In this document: positions 39,241 to 48,131 of the stretch, in pieces | Numbering within the stretch: the stretch's first letter is position 1 | Layout of the letters: each line of letters opens with the position of its first letter | Source of the DNA: Gemmatimonadaceae bacterium | GTDB lineage: Bacteria > Gemmatimonadota > Gemmatimonadetes > Gemmatimonadales > Gemmatimonadaceae | Length of the DNA: 63,186 nt | Assembly (NCBI GenBank): GCA_031379145.1 | Contig: JANNEV010000711.1 | Span: 1-63,186, forward strand | Reading direction: 5' to 3' | Made by a program: the position numbers and the translations under genes | The notes under the pieces: model-generated | What the model was told of the DNA's origin: nothing | Databases searched by the model: none | What the model saw: the letters and a program-made list of their open reading frames with translations, nothing else

Positions 39241-40071
39241 CTAGCTGCCGGAAGCGAAGACGGAGGCGCCCATCGCCTGCCGCGTATGCAGATTGAACGT
39301 CCCACCCTGCGCCAGCACGTGCACCGTCACGCCGGTCAGCGTGACCGCCTCGCCCGGGAGCGCTTCAGCGATGGATGAGTACTCGACGGCGGATGGATCG
39401 ACCACCGTCACCGCTCCCGAACCGTGTACTTCGAGAGTCTCGTCTGGTCCGATGAACGCAGCCGTGTCTTCGTCGACGCCGAGTCCAACGGCGAAGGGAT
39501 TGTATGCCAGGGCCGTCAGCAGCCGTCCAAGACGGTCGCGCTGACGGAAGTGTTGATCGACGATGACACGATTGGTGAGACCGAGTCCGGCGCACATGGT
39601 CACCATTCCGGCGCGTGGCGACGCGCCATCTTCGCCAAACGCGATCATGTGCTCGCTGAGGAACGCGGCCCCCGCGCTGGTGCCGGCCACGTGCACGCCG
39701 GCCGCATTGCGGAGGCGCATGAGCTTCGCCACGGGGGTCCCGCCCAGCGTGGCGGTGAGCTTGAGCTGATTGCCGCCGGTCAGGAAGATTCCCGTGGCGC
39801 GCTCGAGCCATTCGAGCCAGTCGCTGTCATCGCAGTCGCTGCGTCGCTCAAAGCGCAGCGACTTGGCCTGCGCCACGCCATGCTTGGCGAACACGCGCTC
39901 GTAGAACGTGCCCATATCGGGCTCGCTGGAGGCCGTCGGAATGACGGCAATGCGCGCGCGCGGTCCGCCGCTCAGCGCGACGAATCGTTCGAGGATCTCC
40001 GCGTCGGCCAGTTTGCCGCCGATGGGGATGATCCAGCCACGCGCGACGTCGGAAAGAGGGCGTGAAGGCAT
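39241..40071 (-). CDS. cphB: Cyanophycinase (S51 peptidase)
   Basis: GWIIPIGG, IPTAS, TGGNQ, AGTSAGA nucleophile, DQHFRQRDRLGRL, GVDEDTA. Start 40071, alternative 40122. Confidence 0.95.
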   Translation of the reverse strand: MPSRPLSDVARGWIIPIGGKLADAEILERFVALSGGPRARIAVIPTASSEPDMGTFYERVFAKHGVAQAKSLRFERRSDCDDSDWLEWLERATGIFLTGGNQLKLTATLGGTPVAKLMRLRNAAGVHVAGTSAGAAFLSEHMIAFGEDGASPRAGMVTMCAGLGLTNRVIVDQHFRQRDRLGRLLTALAYNPFAVGLGVDEDTAAFIGPDETLEVHGSGAVTVVDPSAVEYSSIAEALPGEAVTLTGVTVHVLAQGGTFNLHTRQAMGASVFASGS

Positions 40072-40120
40072 AGCGTCGGAAGCTAACGCACGCGGTCGCG
40101 CTTCGGTAACGTTCTCCGCC
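40072..40120. promoter_or_regulatory. Compact bidirectional promoter region, probably leaderless on both strands
   Basis: + TAACGT (40107-40112) is 8 nt before the iadA ATG; - TAGCTT (40085-40080) is 8 nt before the cphB ATG; no SD on either side. Confidence 0.5.
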
Positions 40121-41287
40121 ATGCTGACCTTGTTGCGCAATGCCGACGTGTACGCCCCGGAGCCACGGGGCCGCCAGGACCTGTTGATCGGAGGAGAGCA
40201 GCTCCTCTGGATCGGATCATCACTCCCGGATCTGCCCCGCGAACTGGAGGTGACCACCGTCGACCTTGCGGGTCAGCGCCTGATCCCTGGCCTGATCGAC
40301 GGGCACGTGCATCTGACCGGCGGCGGGGGAGAGTCGGGACCGGCCTCGCGCGTGCCGCCGCCCATGCTCTCGCGATACACTCTGGGGGGCGTCACGACAG
40401 CGATTGGCGTGCTCGGCACGGATGACGTCACCCGCTCCACGAGTGATCTGGTCGTCACCGCACGCGCGCTGATCGCCGAAGGACTCAGTGCGTGGTGTCA
40501 CACGGGCGGCTACCATGTGCCGCTGACGACGCTTACCGGCTCCGTGCGGGGCGATATCGCCCAAATCGATCGGATCATCGGCGTTGGCGAGGTGGCGATC
40601 AGCGACCATCGTTCGAGCCAGCCGACGCTCGATGAACTGCTGCGAATCGCATCGGAAGCGCACGTTGGCGGTTTGATGACGGGCAAGGCCGGCATCGTGC
40701 ATCTGCACCTGGGCGACGGCGCGCGAGGCTTGTCACTCGTCCGCGACGCAATCACGACGAGCGAAATCCCGGCGCGCGTGTTCAACCCCACGCATGTAAA
40801 CCGTCGCAAGGCGCTGTTCGTCGACGCCGTCGCGTTGTGCGCACTGGGCTGCTTCATTGACATGACGGCGTTTCCCGTCGAGGACTCGGAGGACGCGTGG
40901 AGCGCCGCCGACGCGCTCGAGCACTTCTGGGCCTCGTCGGCGCCGCCGGGGCGCATCACGGTCAGCTCGGATGGCGGCGGGTGCCTGCCCGTGTTTGACG
41001 CGGAGGGCCGCGTGGTCCACATGGGGGTTGGCGATTCGGGAGCACTGATGGAGACCATCTCCGAGCTCGTGCGTCGCGGCCATGCGCTGGACGCCGTATT
41101 GCCACCGTTCACACGCAACGTGGCTGAGCTGCTTCGACTGGCGGGGAAAGGACGGATTGCCGTCGGGATGGACGCCGACCTGGTCGTGATCGACGCCGAG
41201 CATGCCGTGCAGCATGTGATGGCTCGCGGCGCCTGGCACGTGCGCGACGGCCAGCCGGTTCGCCGTGGATCGTTCGAGTCTCCGTAA
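40121..41287 (+). CDS. iadA: Beta-aspartyl (isoaspartyl) dipeptidase
   Basis: IDGHVHLTGGGGE, GVTTAIGVLGTD, GEVAISDHRSSQPT, PTHVNR, SSDGGGCLP. Confidence 0.95.
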   Translation: MLTLLRNADVYAPEPRGRQDLLIGGEQLLWIGSSLPDLPRELEVTTVDLAGQRLIPGLIDGHVHLTGGGGESGPASRVPPPMLSRYTLGGVTTAIGVLGTDDVTRSTSDLVVTARALIAEGLSAWCHTGGYHVPLTTLTGSVRGDIAQIDRIIGVGEVAISDHRSSQPTLDELLRIASEAHVGGLMTGKAGIVHLHLGDGARGLSLVRDAITTSEIPARVFNPTHVNRRKALFVDAVALCALGCFIDMTAFPVEDSEDAWSAADALEHFWASSAPPGRITVSSDGGGCLPVFDAEGRVVHMGVGDSGALMETISELVRRGHALDAVLPPFTRNVAELLRLAGKGRIAVGMDADLVVIDAEHAVQHVMARGAWHVRDGQPVRRGSFESP

Positions 41288-41402
41288 CGGGTGCGGCATC
41301 GCGCGACCAGTCGCTTGACAGGCGCGCGGGAACGGCCGATGTTCCCACTTCGCGATTGCAGGCAAATGCTGTCGGTCGTGATGCTTTTCGAATCGATCAA
41401 GA

Positions 41403-41616
41403 CATAGGTGCTGGTCGTCGGACGTCGGGGCATTGACGCGAGACGTGAAGAGGGAACCCGGTGCGATTCCGGGGCGGCCCCGCCGCTGTGAGGGAGGACG
41501 ACGAAGCCGGTAGCCACTGCGTGCCTTGCGACGTGGGAAGGCGGCTTCGAAGGATGAATCCCGAGCCAGAAGACCTGCCAGAGACCCGGAGTCCGCGCAC
41601 ACCCTCGAGGGAGGAC
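41403..41616 (+). ncRNA. Cobalamin (B12) riboswitch
   Basis: ataggtg...aagagggaacccggtgcgattccggggcggccccgccgctgtga...gccactg...gggaaggc...gagccagaagacctgcc (B12 box 41563-41579), then the ccctcgagggagg element (P13/L13-like). Confidence 0.93.
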
Positions 41617-41792
41617 GTGCCGGGGATTGTCGTCGGCGCATCGTGCGCTGTCGGCTCCGCAGGCTCCTTGCGTATGTCAGCAAGGGGCCCTTTTCGTCCC
41701 GACGGCTTTCGTCGCGGCGATGGCGGTCTGTCCTCGGGGGTGTGCGTTCCACGTTGTTGTCGAGTGGTCTCACATTCTCGATGGAGTAGTTC

Positions 41793-44210
41793 ATGACGGC
41801 AATTGCACCACTTCGGGTCACGCTGAGCCCGTACGAGCCGCCGCCGTTCACTCCGGTGGCCACGGCCGTCATCAAGCGCGATGGGCGCTCGGTGTCCTGG
41901 GATCCGGAGCGCATCACCCGCGCGATCGCGTTGGCGTTCTATGCGTCGAAGCACGACGGGACAGCCAACCCACACGCCGACAATGCGGCGGCGCGCTTCG
42001 GGCTGGGATTCAGTGATTTCTCCGAAGTACTGTCAATCACGCAACTGGTGGTGAACACGGTACACCGCAAGGTGACCGATCGACCGCCGACGGTTGAGGA
42101 GATTCAGGATACGGTCGAGATGATGATTGCGGCGCGCGGGCACTGGGATGTGGCCAAGCGCTACGTGATTCACCGCGCAACGCGAGCCACGCGTCGTCTC
42201 GCCGCGCAAGAAGAGAACGGCATGCAGGACTACATTTTCCTGTCGCGGTATTCCCGCTATCGGGAAGACCTCGGACGCCGCGAGACGCCTGCCGAGGCGT
42301 TCACCCGTGTGATGGACATGCACCGGGCGCACTTCGCGGACGTGCTGGAACTGCCGGTGGTCGGCATGGGGAACGCAACACTGCGGGCACTGCTCGACGA
42401 CACGGAGCACGCACTGCAGCGACGTGCCATTCTTCCATCCATGCGCTCGCTGCAGTTCGGCGGATCGGCCATCGAAGCCAACAACGCGCGCATGTTCAAC
42501 TGCGCGTTCACCCACATGAATCGATTGGACGCCTTCAAGGAGGCGTTCTTCCTGCTGCTGTCCGGCACTGGCGTGGGGTTCAGCGTGCAGCGGCACCATG
42601 TGGCGCAACTGCCACCCTTCCCCGTGCGCGACGCGGAGAACGAACTGCCGGTGGTGCACCACACCGTCCCCGATCAGCTGGAAGGATGGGCGGATGCGCT
42701 CGACGTGCTGATGCGCAGCTATCTCGACGGCACCAAGGTCGAGTTCAATTTCAGCGACATCCGGCCCCGCGGTGTCCCGCTGCGCACATCCGGCGGACGC
42801 GCACCAGGTCATCTACCGCTCAAGAAGGCGCTGGTCGCGGTCGAGCGCGTGCTTGAGCAGGTGCCCGGGCGGTCACTGCGGCCGATCGAGGTGTACGACA
42901 TCATGATGCATGTGGCGGTGGCGGTCCTGTCGGGTGGCATTCGCCGCTCCGCGACGATCTGCCTGTTCTCGTCTGACGACGATGAGATGGCGGCAGCGAA
43001 GACGGGCAATTGGTTCGAGACGCACCCGCAGCGCGGCAAATCCAACAACTCCGCCGTGCTGGTCAGAGACACCGTGCAGCAGAAGGATTTCTCCCGCCTG
43101 TTCGAGTATCAGAAAGAGTTTGGCGAACCTGGCTTCTATTTCGTTGACGACGCCGAATACGGTGCGAACCCGTGCGTCGAAATCGGATTGGCGCCAGCGC
43201 TCACGGTGGACGAGCATTCGCAGGCGCAACTCGCGGCGCGCGGCGTTGCCAATGTGCCCTTGGGCACACGCGTGTCGGGTTGGCAGATGTGCAACCTCAC
43301 CACGATCAACGCGGCGTCCTGTGATTCGGAGGAGGCATTCTACGCCGGGTGCCGGGCCGCATCGCTGTTGGGAACGCTGCAGGCGGCGTACACAGACATT
43401 CGGTATCTGGGGCCGGTCACCCGCGTGATCAACGACCGTGAAGCGCTCCTTGGTGTCTCCATCTGCGGCATCCTGGAGCAGCCCCACCTGCTCCTCAAGC
43501 CGGAAGTGCTGGAGCGCGGCGCGCAGATTTGCCTTGACACGAATGCGGCGGTCGCCGCGCACCTCGGCATTGCGCCGGCCGCGCGCATCACGTGCGTCAA
43601 GCCCGAAGGTACAGCGAGTCTGGTGCTGGGCGCCGCGTCCGGTATTCATCCACACCACGCGCGGCACTACTTCCGGCGCGTGCAGGCCGCTCGCACGGAG
43701 CCGCTGTATCAGTGGTTCAAGCAGCGGAATCCACACATGACCGAGTCATCGGTGTGGGACCCGGAAACCACCGACGTCATCACGTTCCCGGTGAGCGCCA
43801 ACGCGGACGCCATTCTGCGCGCGGATGTTGGCGCGGTGCAGTTTCTTGAGTATGTGCGTCTCGTCCAGCAGCATTGGGTCTGCGCGGGCCGTCGACATGA
43901 GCAGTTCAACAAGGGGCTGCAGCACAACGTCTCGAACACGGTGACGGTTCGCGAGGACGAGTGGGGTGCGGTGCATGACTTCATCTGGGAGAACCGCCAG
44001 TACTTTGCCGGCATTTCGCTGCTGCGCGAAACGGGCGACAAGATCTACCGACAGGCCCCTCGCGAAGAAGTGGTGACCGAAGCCGACATCGCGCGGTGGA
44101 ACACCTTGCGATACGTCCCCGTCGACTACACGGCCCTGGTGGAACGCGATGATCGCACCGCACTTGCCGACGTGATCGCCTGCGCTGGAGGCGCTTGCGA
44201 GATCATCTGA
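41793..44210 (+). CDS. nrdJ: Ribonucleotide reductase, class II monomeric-type (NrdJ), with N-terminal ATP cone
   Basis: VIKRDG...EEIQDTVE ATP cone; PSMRSLQFGG, FNC, GVGFSV, GGIRRSA, GEPG, ANPCVEI finger loop, CNL, TCVKPEGT, C-terminal CAGGAC; no nrdB or nrdG nearby. Confidence 0.88.
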   Translation: MTAIAPLRVTLSPYEPPPFTPVATAVIKRDGRSVSWDPERITRAIALAFYASKHDGTANPHADNAAARFGLGFSDFSEVLSITQLVVNTVHRKVTDRPPTVEEIQDTVEMMIAARGHWDVAKRYVIHRATRATRRLAAQEENGMQDYIFLSRYSRYREDLGRRETPAEAFTRVMDMHRAHFADVLELPVVGMGNATLRALLDDTEHALQRRAILPSMRSLQFGGSAIEANNARMFNCAFTHMNRLDAFKEAFFLLLSGTGVGFSVQRHHVAQLPPFPVRDAENELPVVHHTVPDQLEGWADALDVLMRSYLDGTKVEFNFSDIRPRGVPLRTSGGRAPGHLPLKKALVAVERVLEQVPGRSLRPIEVYDIMMHVAVAVLSGGIRRSATICLFSSDDDEMAAAKTGNWFETHPQRGKSNNSAVLVRDTVQQKDFSRLFEYQKEFGEPGFYFVDDAEYGANPCVEIGLAPALTVDEHSQAQLAARGVANVPLGTRVSGWQMCNLTTINAASCDSEEAFYAGCRAASLLGTLQAAYTDIRYLGPVTRVINDREALLGVSICGILEQPHLLLKPEVLERGAQICLDTNAAVAAHLGIAPAARITCVKPEGTASLVLGAASGIHPHHARHYFRRVQAARTEPLYQWFKQRNPHMTESSVWDPETTDVITFPVSANADAILRADVGAVQFLEYVRLVQQHWVCAGRRHEQFNKGLQHNVSNTVTVREDEWGAVHDFIWENRQYFAGISLLRETGDKIYRQAPREEVVTEADIARWNTLRYVPVDYTALVERDDRTALADVIACAGGACEII

Positions 44211-44237
44211 TCCTGCGGTCGCTGCTCCACAAAACAC

Positions 44238-44281
44238 ACGCGGCGCCGGAGCAATCTCGCTCTCGGCGCCGCGCGTCTTTC
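44238..44281. terminator. Probable bidirectional intrinsic terminator
   Basis: cgcggcgccggagc-loop-gctctcggcgccgcg stem between convergent genes, with T-rich flanks on both strands. Confidence 0.65.
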
Positions 44282-44303
44282 GATAGGTGCTTGCTGCGTG
44301 ACC

Positions 44304-44825
44304 CTAGTGCTTCATGGGCGCGCAGCCTTCCTCGAGCACATCGAATTTGTCGTGCAGCAGCTTGAGCGCGTCCTTGATGGTGTTGTTGTCGGCATTCTTC
44401 GCCACCAGATCCGCCACGCCCTGTGTCTGCGGCACGAGGCTCGTTGCCGCTTCCTTGAGCTTGGGCGTCGCGCAGGCTTTGGGAGGCGTGGACGCGGCCA
44501 ACACCTTCGCGGCAGCCACCATGTCCTTGGCCTTGGCGCGAATCGGCGCAATGTCGCCATTCTCCTTGGCCGGGTGCCAGGTGGCCATCATGAGCATGTG
44601 GTAGGCATCGAGCTCCTTCCAGCCGCTCATGGCCATTTCTTCCTTCTTGCCGGGCATCTTGTGGTCCATGCCCTTCATGTCGTGCGACATCGCGTCTGGC
44701 TTGGCCGGCGGCTTGGCGCCTGTGGTCTGCGCGGTGACCGAGGACGCGGCGATCAACAACGCGGCGGCAGCGAAAGCCAACGGACTCCGGAAACGACTGC
44801 GGGCGGACAAAGCGGGAATCTGCAT
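44304..44825 (-). CDS. Secreted Met/His-rich helical protein, possibly metal-binding
   Basis: Signal peptide (VTA/Q), MSHDMKGMDHKM segment, AYHMLMMATWHP...LHDKF. Confidence 0.7.
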   Translation of the reverse strand: MQIPALSARSRFRSPLAFAAAALLIAASSVTAQTTGAKPPAKPDAMSHDMKGMDHKMPGKKEEMAMSGWKELDAYHMLMMATWHPAKENGDIAPIRAKAKDMVAAAKVLAASTPPKACATPKLKEAATSLVPQTQGVADLVAKNADNNTIKDALKLLHDKFDVLEEGCAPMKH

Positions 44826-45003
44826 GGCGAGGTGCACCAGGGGAGTCAGGGTGAGGAGCATGGAAACGGTTGGCAGGGGTACCCGCCGTGCACGTCAAAG
44901 TTCTCGTGGTCGCTCCCTCGGCACAACCGCCGACAGCGCCGCCACGACAGTTGCACCGCCGCCGGTCGTTGCCCGACCCCAGCGAGGCCGGGCAACGCGG
45001 AGA

Positions 45004-47901
45004 CTACGGCGTGATCCGAGGCGTTTGCTCCACGTTGTAAATGCTGTTGAACAGCATCTTGAACGTTCCGTGCGGCTGCGCGCGGAACGTGATCTCGGGG
45101 CCGAACAGAAAGAGCTTTCCGCGGCCAAGCGGCGCTTCCACAGCTGTTACGCCCCCCTGCAGATAGTTCTGCCCCCACGCCCACCCGCTTCGCAGTGGCG
45201 TTGCCGTGTCAAACCACGCCACCGGGCGCACACCCTGCGCGGCGGCAGTGGGCTCCAAGCGGAATACGGGGTTGTTGTTGAAGATCACGTCGGTGTGTCC
45301 CTGCATGCCGAGCGCCGACGATGCGGTGGAATCGGTGGCGACGCGCAACACTGAACCCGGCACATAGAACTTGTCCGAGGCCAGACGCGTATCCGCTTCG
45401 CCCGGCTTCTTGTCCACCAGATAATCGGAGACCGGGAGACCAAGCTGCTGCCCGATGCGCGACGCGTTGCCGGAAGCCACGAGCATGCCGCCCTGCTCCA
45501 CGAACTTGCGAATGTTGGCCAGCGCCGTTGCACCGGTGCCGGTGCCGGTGGTGACCTGACACAGGCTGCGCAGATCCGGATCGGTGGACGGCGCGGGCTG
45601 CGCCTCTCCTCCTCGACCACCCCCACCAGCGCCACCGGCGAAGCCACCGACCCCACGACCGAAGCCGCCGCCGCTGATGCTGCCATCCGACGGAAGGACG
45701 ATGACATCGTACTTGGACTTGAGATCCGCGTCATCAAACCCGGCGCCACAGACTACGGTGAACGGGAATTCAAAGCGCTCCAGCAGATAGCGCGTCCAGC
45801 CCGACGGCATCGAACCGGTTTGCGTGTCCCAGAGCGCAATGCGCTTGGGAGTCAGCTTCGTCGCGTTGGCGTCGGCACGTGCTGTCGTGCCCTCCATGCT
45901 CACTCCCAGCTCTTTCGCCGCGGCCTGCAGCGCTGGCGTGGTTGTCGCGCTCGCCGTGACGTAGAACGAACCGGCGGGGAACGTCTTGCCGTTGGCGGTC
46001 ATCGGTCGCGAAAGACGGAACACCTCAGCGTTCGCTTTCACGACGCGGTTGGCAATGGTAAACGCATCATTGGCCGCACCGGAAATCAGGTATCCCGCAG
46101 CGCCGCTTGCGCTCGCCACCGTGCCGGCCAAGGGCGAGGCCAGTCCCTGGACCAATGCAAACGATCCCTTCACGTCATCCGTGAAGCGGTCGAACTGGAT
46201 GCCCATCTGATACGCGAGCGTCCAGCCGGCGTTGTCATACGGGCGCTTTGGAATACCACGCTCGTCCATGTCGTTCGGATGATCCTGCGGCTCGAACTGG
46301 TCGATCACATGCGCGCGTCCTGCCTGCGCCGAGTGGATGACGTATGAACCGACGCCGTAGTTCTTGCTGCCCACGGAGAACGGCGAAGTGGCCTGATAGA
46401 CCTCCACGCCGATGTAGCGCATGGTGTTGACGAACTTGGTGGCGGTCGCGAAGTCGGGCTGACTGGCCGGAATCACGTAGGCACGCGGGTCCCGCCGTGC
46501 AGGATCGCGGAACACCGTGTTGTACTGCGCCATGGACAATGCGGGCCCTCCGCGTCCACCGAAGCCCGCATCCGGACCGACGTCGCCAGCAGGCGCTGCA
46601 GCGGCTCCACGGCCTCCCGCCGATGCCATGGCGCCTCGGCCACCACGCAGCGTCGAATCAGCGCGGGCCATATCGTCGTTCGTCACGGTCCAGTGATCGG
46701 TACTGCCGCGCGCAATCTGATTAGCGCCCATGCGGTAGATGTTGAACAGGAACTGGTCCTTGTAACGCGACGCGAGATCAAGAATGGAGTAGTTGGCCGT
46801 GACCGAATAGTCGATGGACTGCCGGAAATGCCAATCCTGCGGCGCGATCGGCGACGGCAGATCGCCACGCGGAAGGATCTGGCTCATGACCACCGGAATC
46901 TGCGACGGTGTCGGGCTGCCGATGATCTCGGTCAGGATGCCAATGATGTTCTGGAAGTACGCCGTAGTGCGCAGACCTCCGTTCCACCACGTGGAGTAGC
47001 TGGCACCCGAGCGCATCGTGAAGCCTGGCTTGTTTTCCTGCAGAAAGCGCTGGTGCATCGCGGCGCCAACCATGTCGAGTCCCATGACGATCATGGGATC
47101 CATGTTGTAGTTGAACGGATCGCGGAACGGCGGCGAGAAGATCACCGTACCGGCCGGCCCAGACTGATGATGGTTGTACATGATCTGCGGCAACCACTCC
47201 CAGTACATGAGTTTGTTCATGTTCTGCGATTCCGGGAGGTTCGACATGTAGAAGTCGCGGTTGTTGTCATGCCCCGCGTACTTCTCATAGAGCCGCGGCG
47301 AACACGGGCCGCGGCGCTCGGTAGCGACCGGATTCTGCATATAGCACTTGGCCACCATCTGCATGCCATCCGGATTGGCATGCACCATGACGACGATGAC
47401 ATCCTTGAGGATGCGCATAGTCTCGTCATCGGTGCGGCTGACCAGCTGGTAGCTCGTCTCGATCAGCTGATTCGCGCCGACCACCTCCGTGGCGTGCAAG
47501 CCGCCATCAATCCAGACCACGCTCTTTCCTTCCTTTGCCAACACTCGCGCCTGCTCGTCCGTGAGCCCGCGCGCCGCATGCAGCCGCTGCGAGATCTCCT
47601 TGTAGCGTGCCAGCTTGGCGAAGTTCTCGGGGGCCGTGACGATCGCAGCGAGATGGGGACGGCCCTCGCCGGTCTTGCCGATCTCCATCACCTGCATGCG
47701 GTTCGATTCGCCGTCGATCTTCCGCCAATACGCCGTGAACTGGTCGTACGTGGGAAGGAAGTAGTCGTCGCCGATGTTCTGGCCAAGGAAAGCCTTTGGC
47801 GACGTGACGTTGCCTTGAGCGAGGGCGGCCGGGGCGGTCGACGCCACGAGACACAAAGACGCGACGAGCCCGCGCCAGGGGCGGAAAGTCCGCGGTGACA
47901 T
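45004..47901 (-). CDS. Secreted M14-family zinc carboxypeptidase
   Basis: GGLHATE (HxxE), ANPDG, HDNNRD, YNHHQ; GGAGG SD before ATG 47901; Gly/Arg-rich insertions. Confidence 0.9.
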   Translation of the reverse strand: MSPRTFRPWRGLVASLCLVASTAPAALAQGNVTSPKAFLGQNIGDDYFLPTYDQFTAYWRKIDGESNRMQVMEIGKTGEGRPHLAAIVTAPENFAKLARYKEISQRLHAARGLTDEQARVLAKEGKSVVWIDGGLHATEVVGANQLIETSYQLVSRTDDETMRILKDVIVVMVHANPDGMQMVAKCYMQNPVATERRGPCSPRLYEKYAGHDNNRDFYMSNLPESQNMNKLMYWEWLPQIMYNHHQSGPAGTVIFSPPFRDPFNYNMDPMIVMGLDMVGAAMHQRFLQENKPGFTMRSGASYSTWWNGGLRTTAYFQNIIGILTEIIGSPTPSQIPVVMSQILPRGDLPSPIAPQDWHFRQSIDYSVTANYSILDLASRYKDQFLFNIYRMGANQIARGSTDHWTVTNDDMARADSTLRGGRGAMASAGGRGAAAAPAGDVGPDAGFGGRGGPALSMAQYNTVFRDPARRDPRAYVIPASQPDFATATKFVNTMRYIGVEVYQATSPFSVGSKNYGVGSYVIHSAQAGRAHVIDQFEPQDHPNDMDERGIPKRPYDNAGWTLAYQMGIQFDRFTDDVKGSFALVQGLASPLAGTVASASGAAGYLISGAANDAFTIANRVVKANAEVFRLSRPMTANGKTFPAGSFYVTASATTTPALQAAAKELGVSMEGTTARADANATKLTPKRIALWDTQTGSMPSGWTRYLLERFEFPFTVVCGAGFDDADLKSKYDVIVLPSDGSISGGGFGRGVGGFAGGAGGGGRGGEAQPAPSTDPDLRSLCQVTTGTGTGATALANIRKFVEQGGMLVASGNASRIGQQLGLPVSDYLVDKKPGEADTRLASDKFYVPGSVLRVATDSTASSALGMQGHTDVIFNNNPVFRLEPTAAAQGVRPVAWFDTATPLRSGWAWGQNYLQGGVTAVEAPLGRGKLFLFGPEITFRAQPHGTFKMLFNSIYNVEQTPRITP

Positions 47902-48131
47902 CGAGAAGCCTCCAAACAGGAAAGGGGAACCGCCAACCACCGGCGGCATGAGATAGTACGCCGAGATCCGGGGTAGTGCTGGCCGCACCGCCATTTCGTT
48001 CGCGAACGGTGCGCCCCACGGACCAGCGCCCCACGGACCAGCGAACCGGCGAGCCGGCGAACCATACCGAGGGATCAGGACGGGACATCATCGCCGGACA
48101 CGGTACGGTGCGCCGCGCTATTCTTCCTGCA

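Noticed and set aside
41745-41792. NrdR box upstream of nrdJ
   Set aside because: No convincing match to the acaCwAtATaTwGtg consensus by eye.
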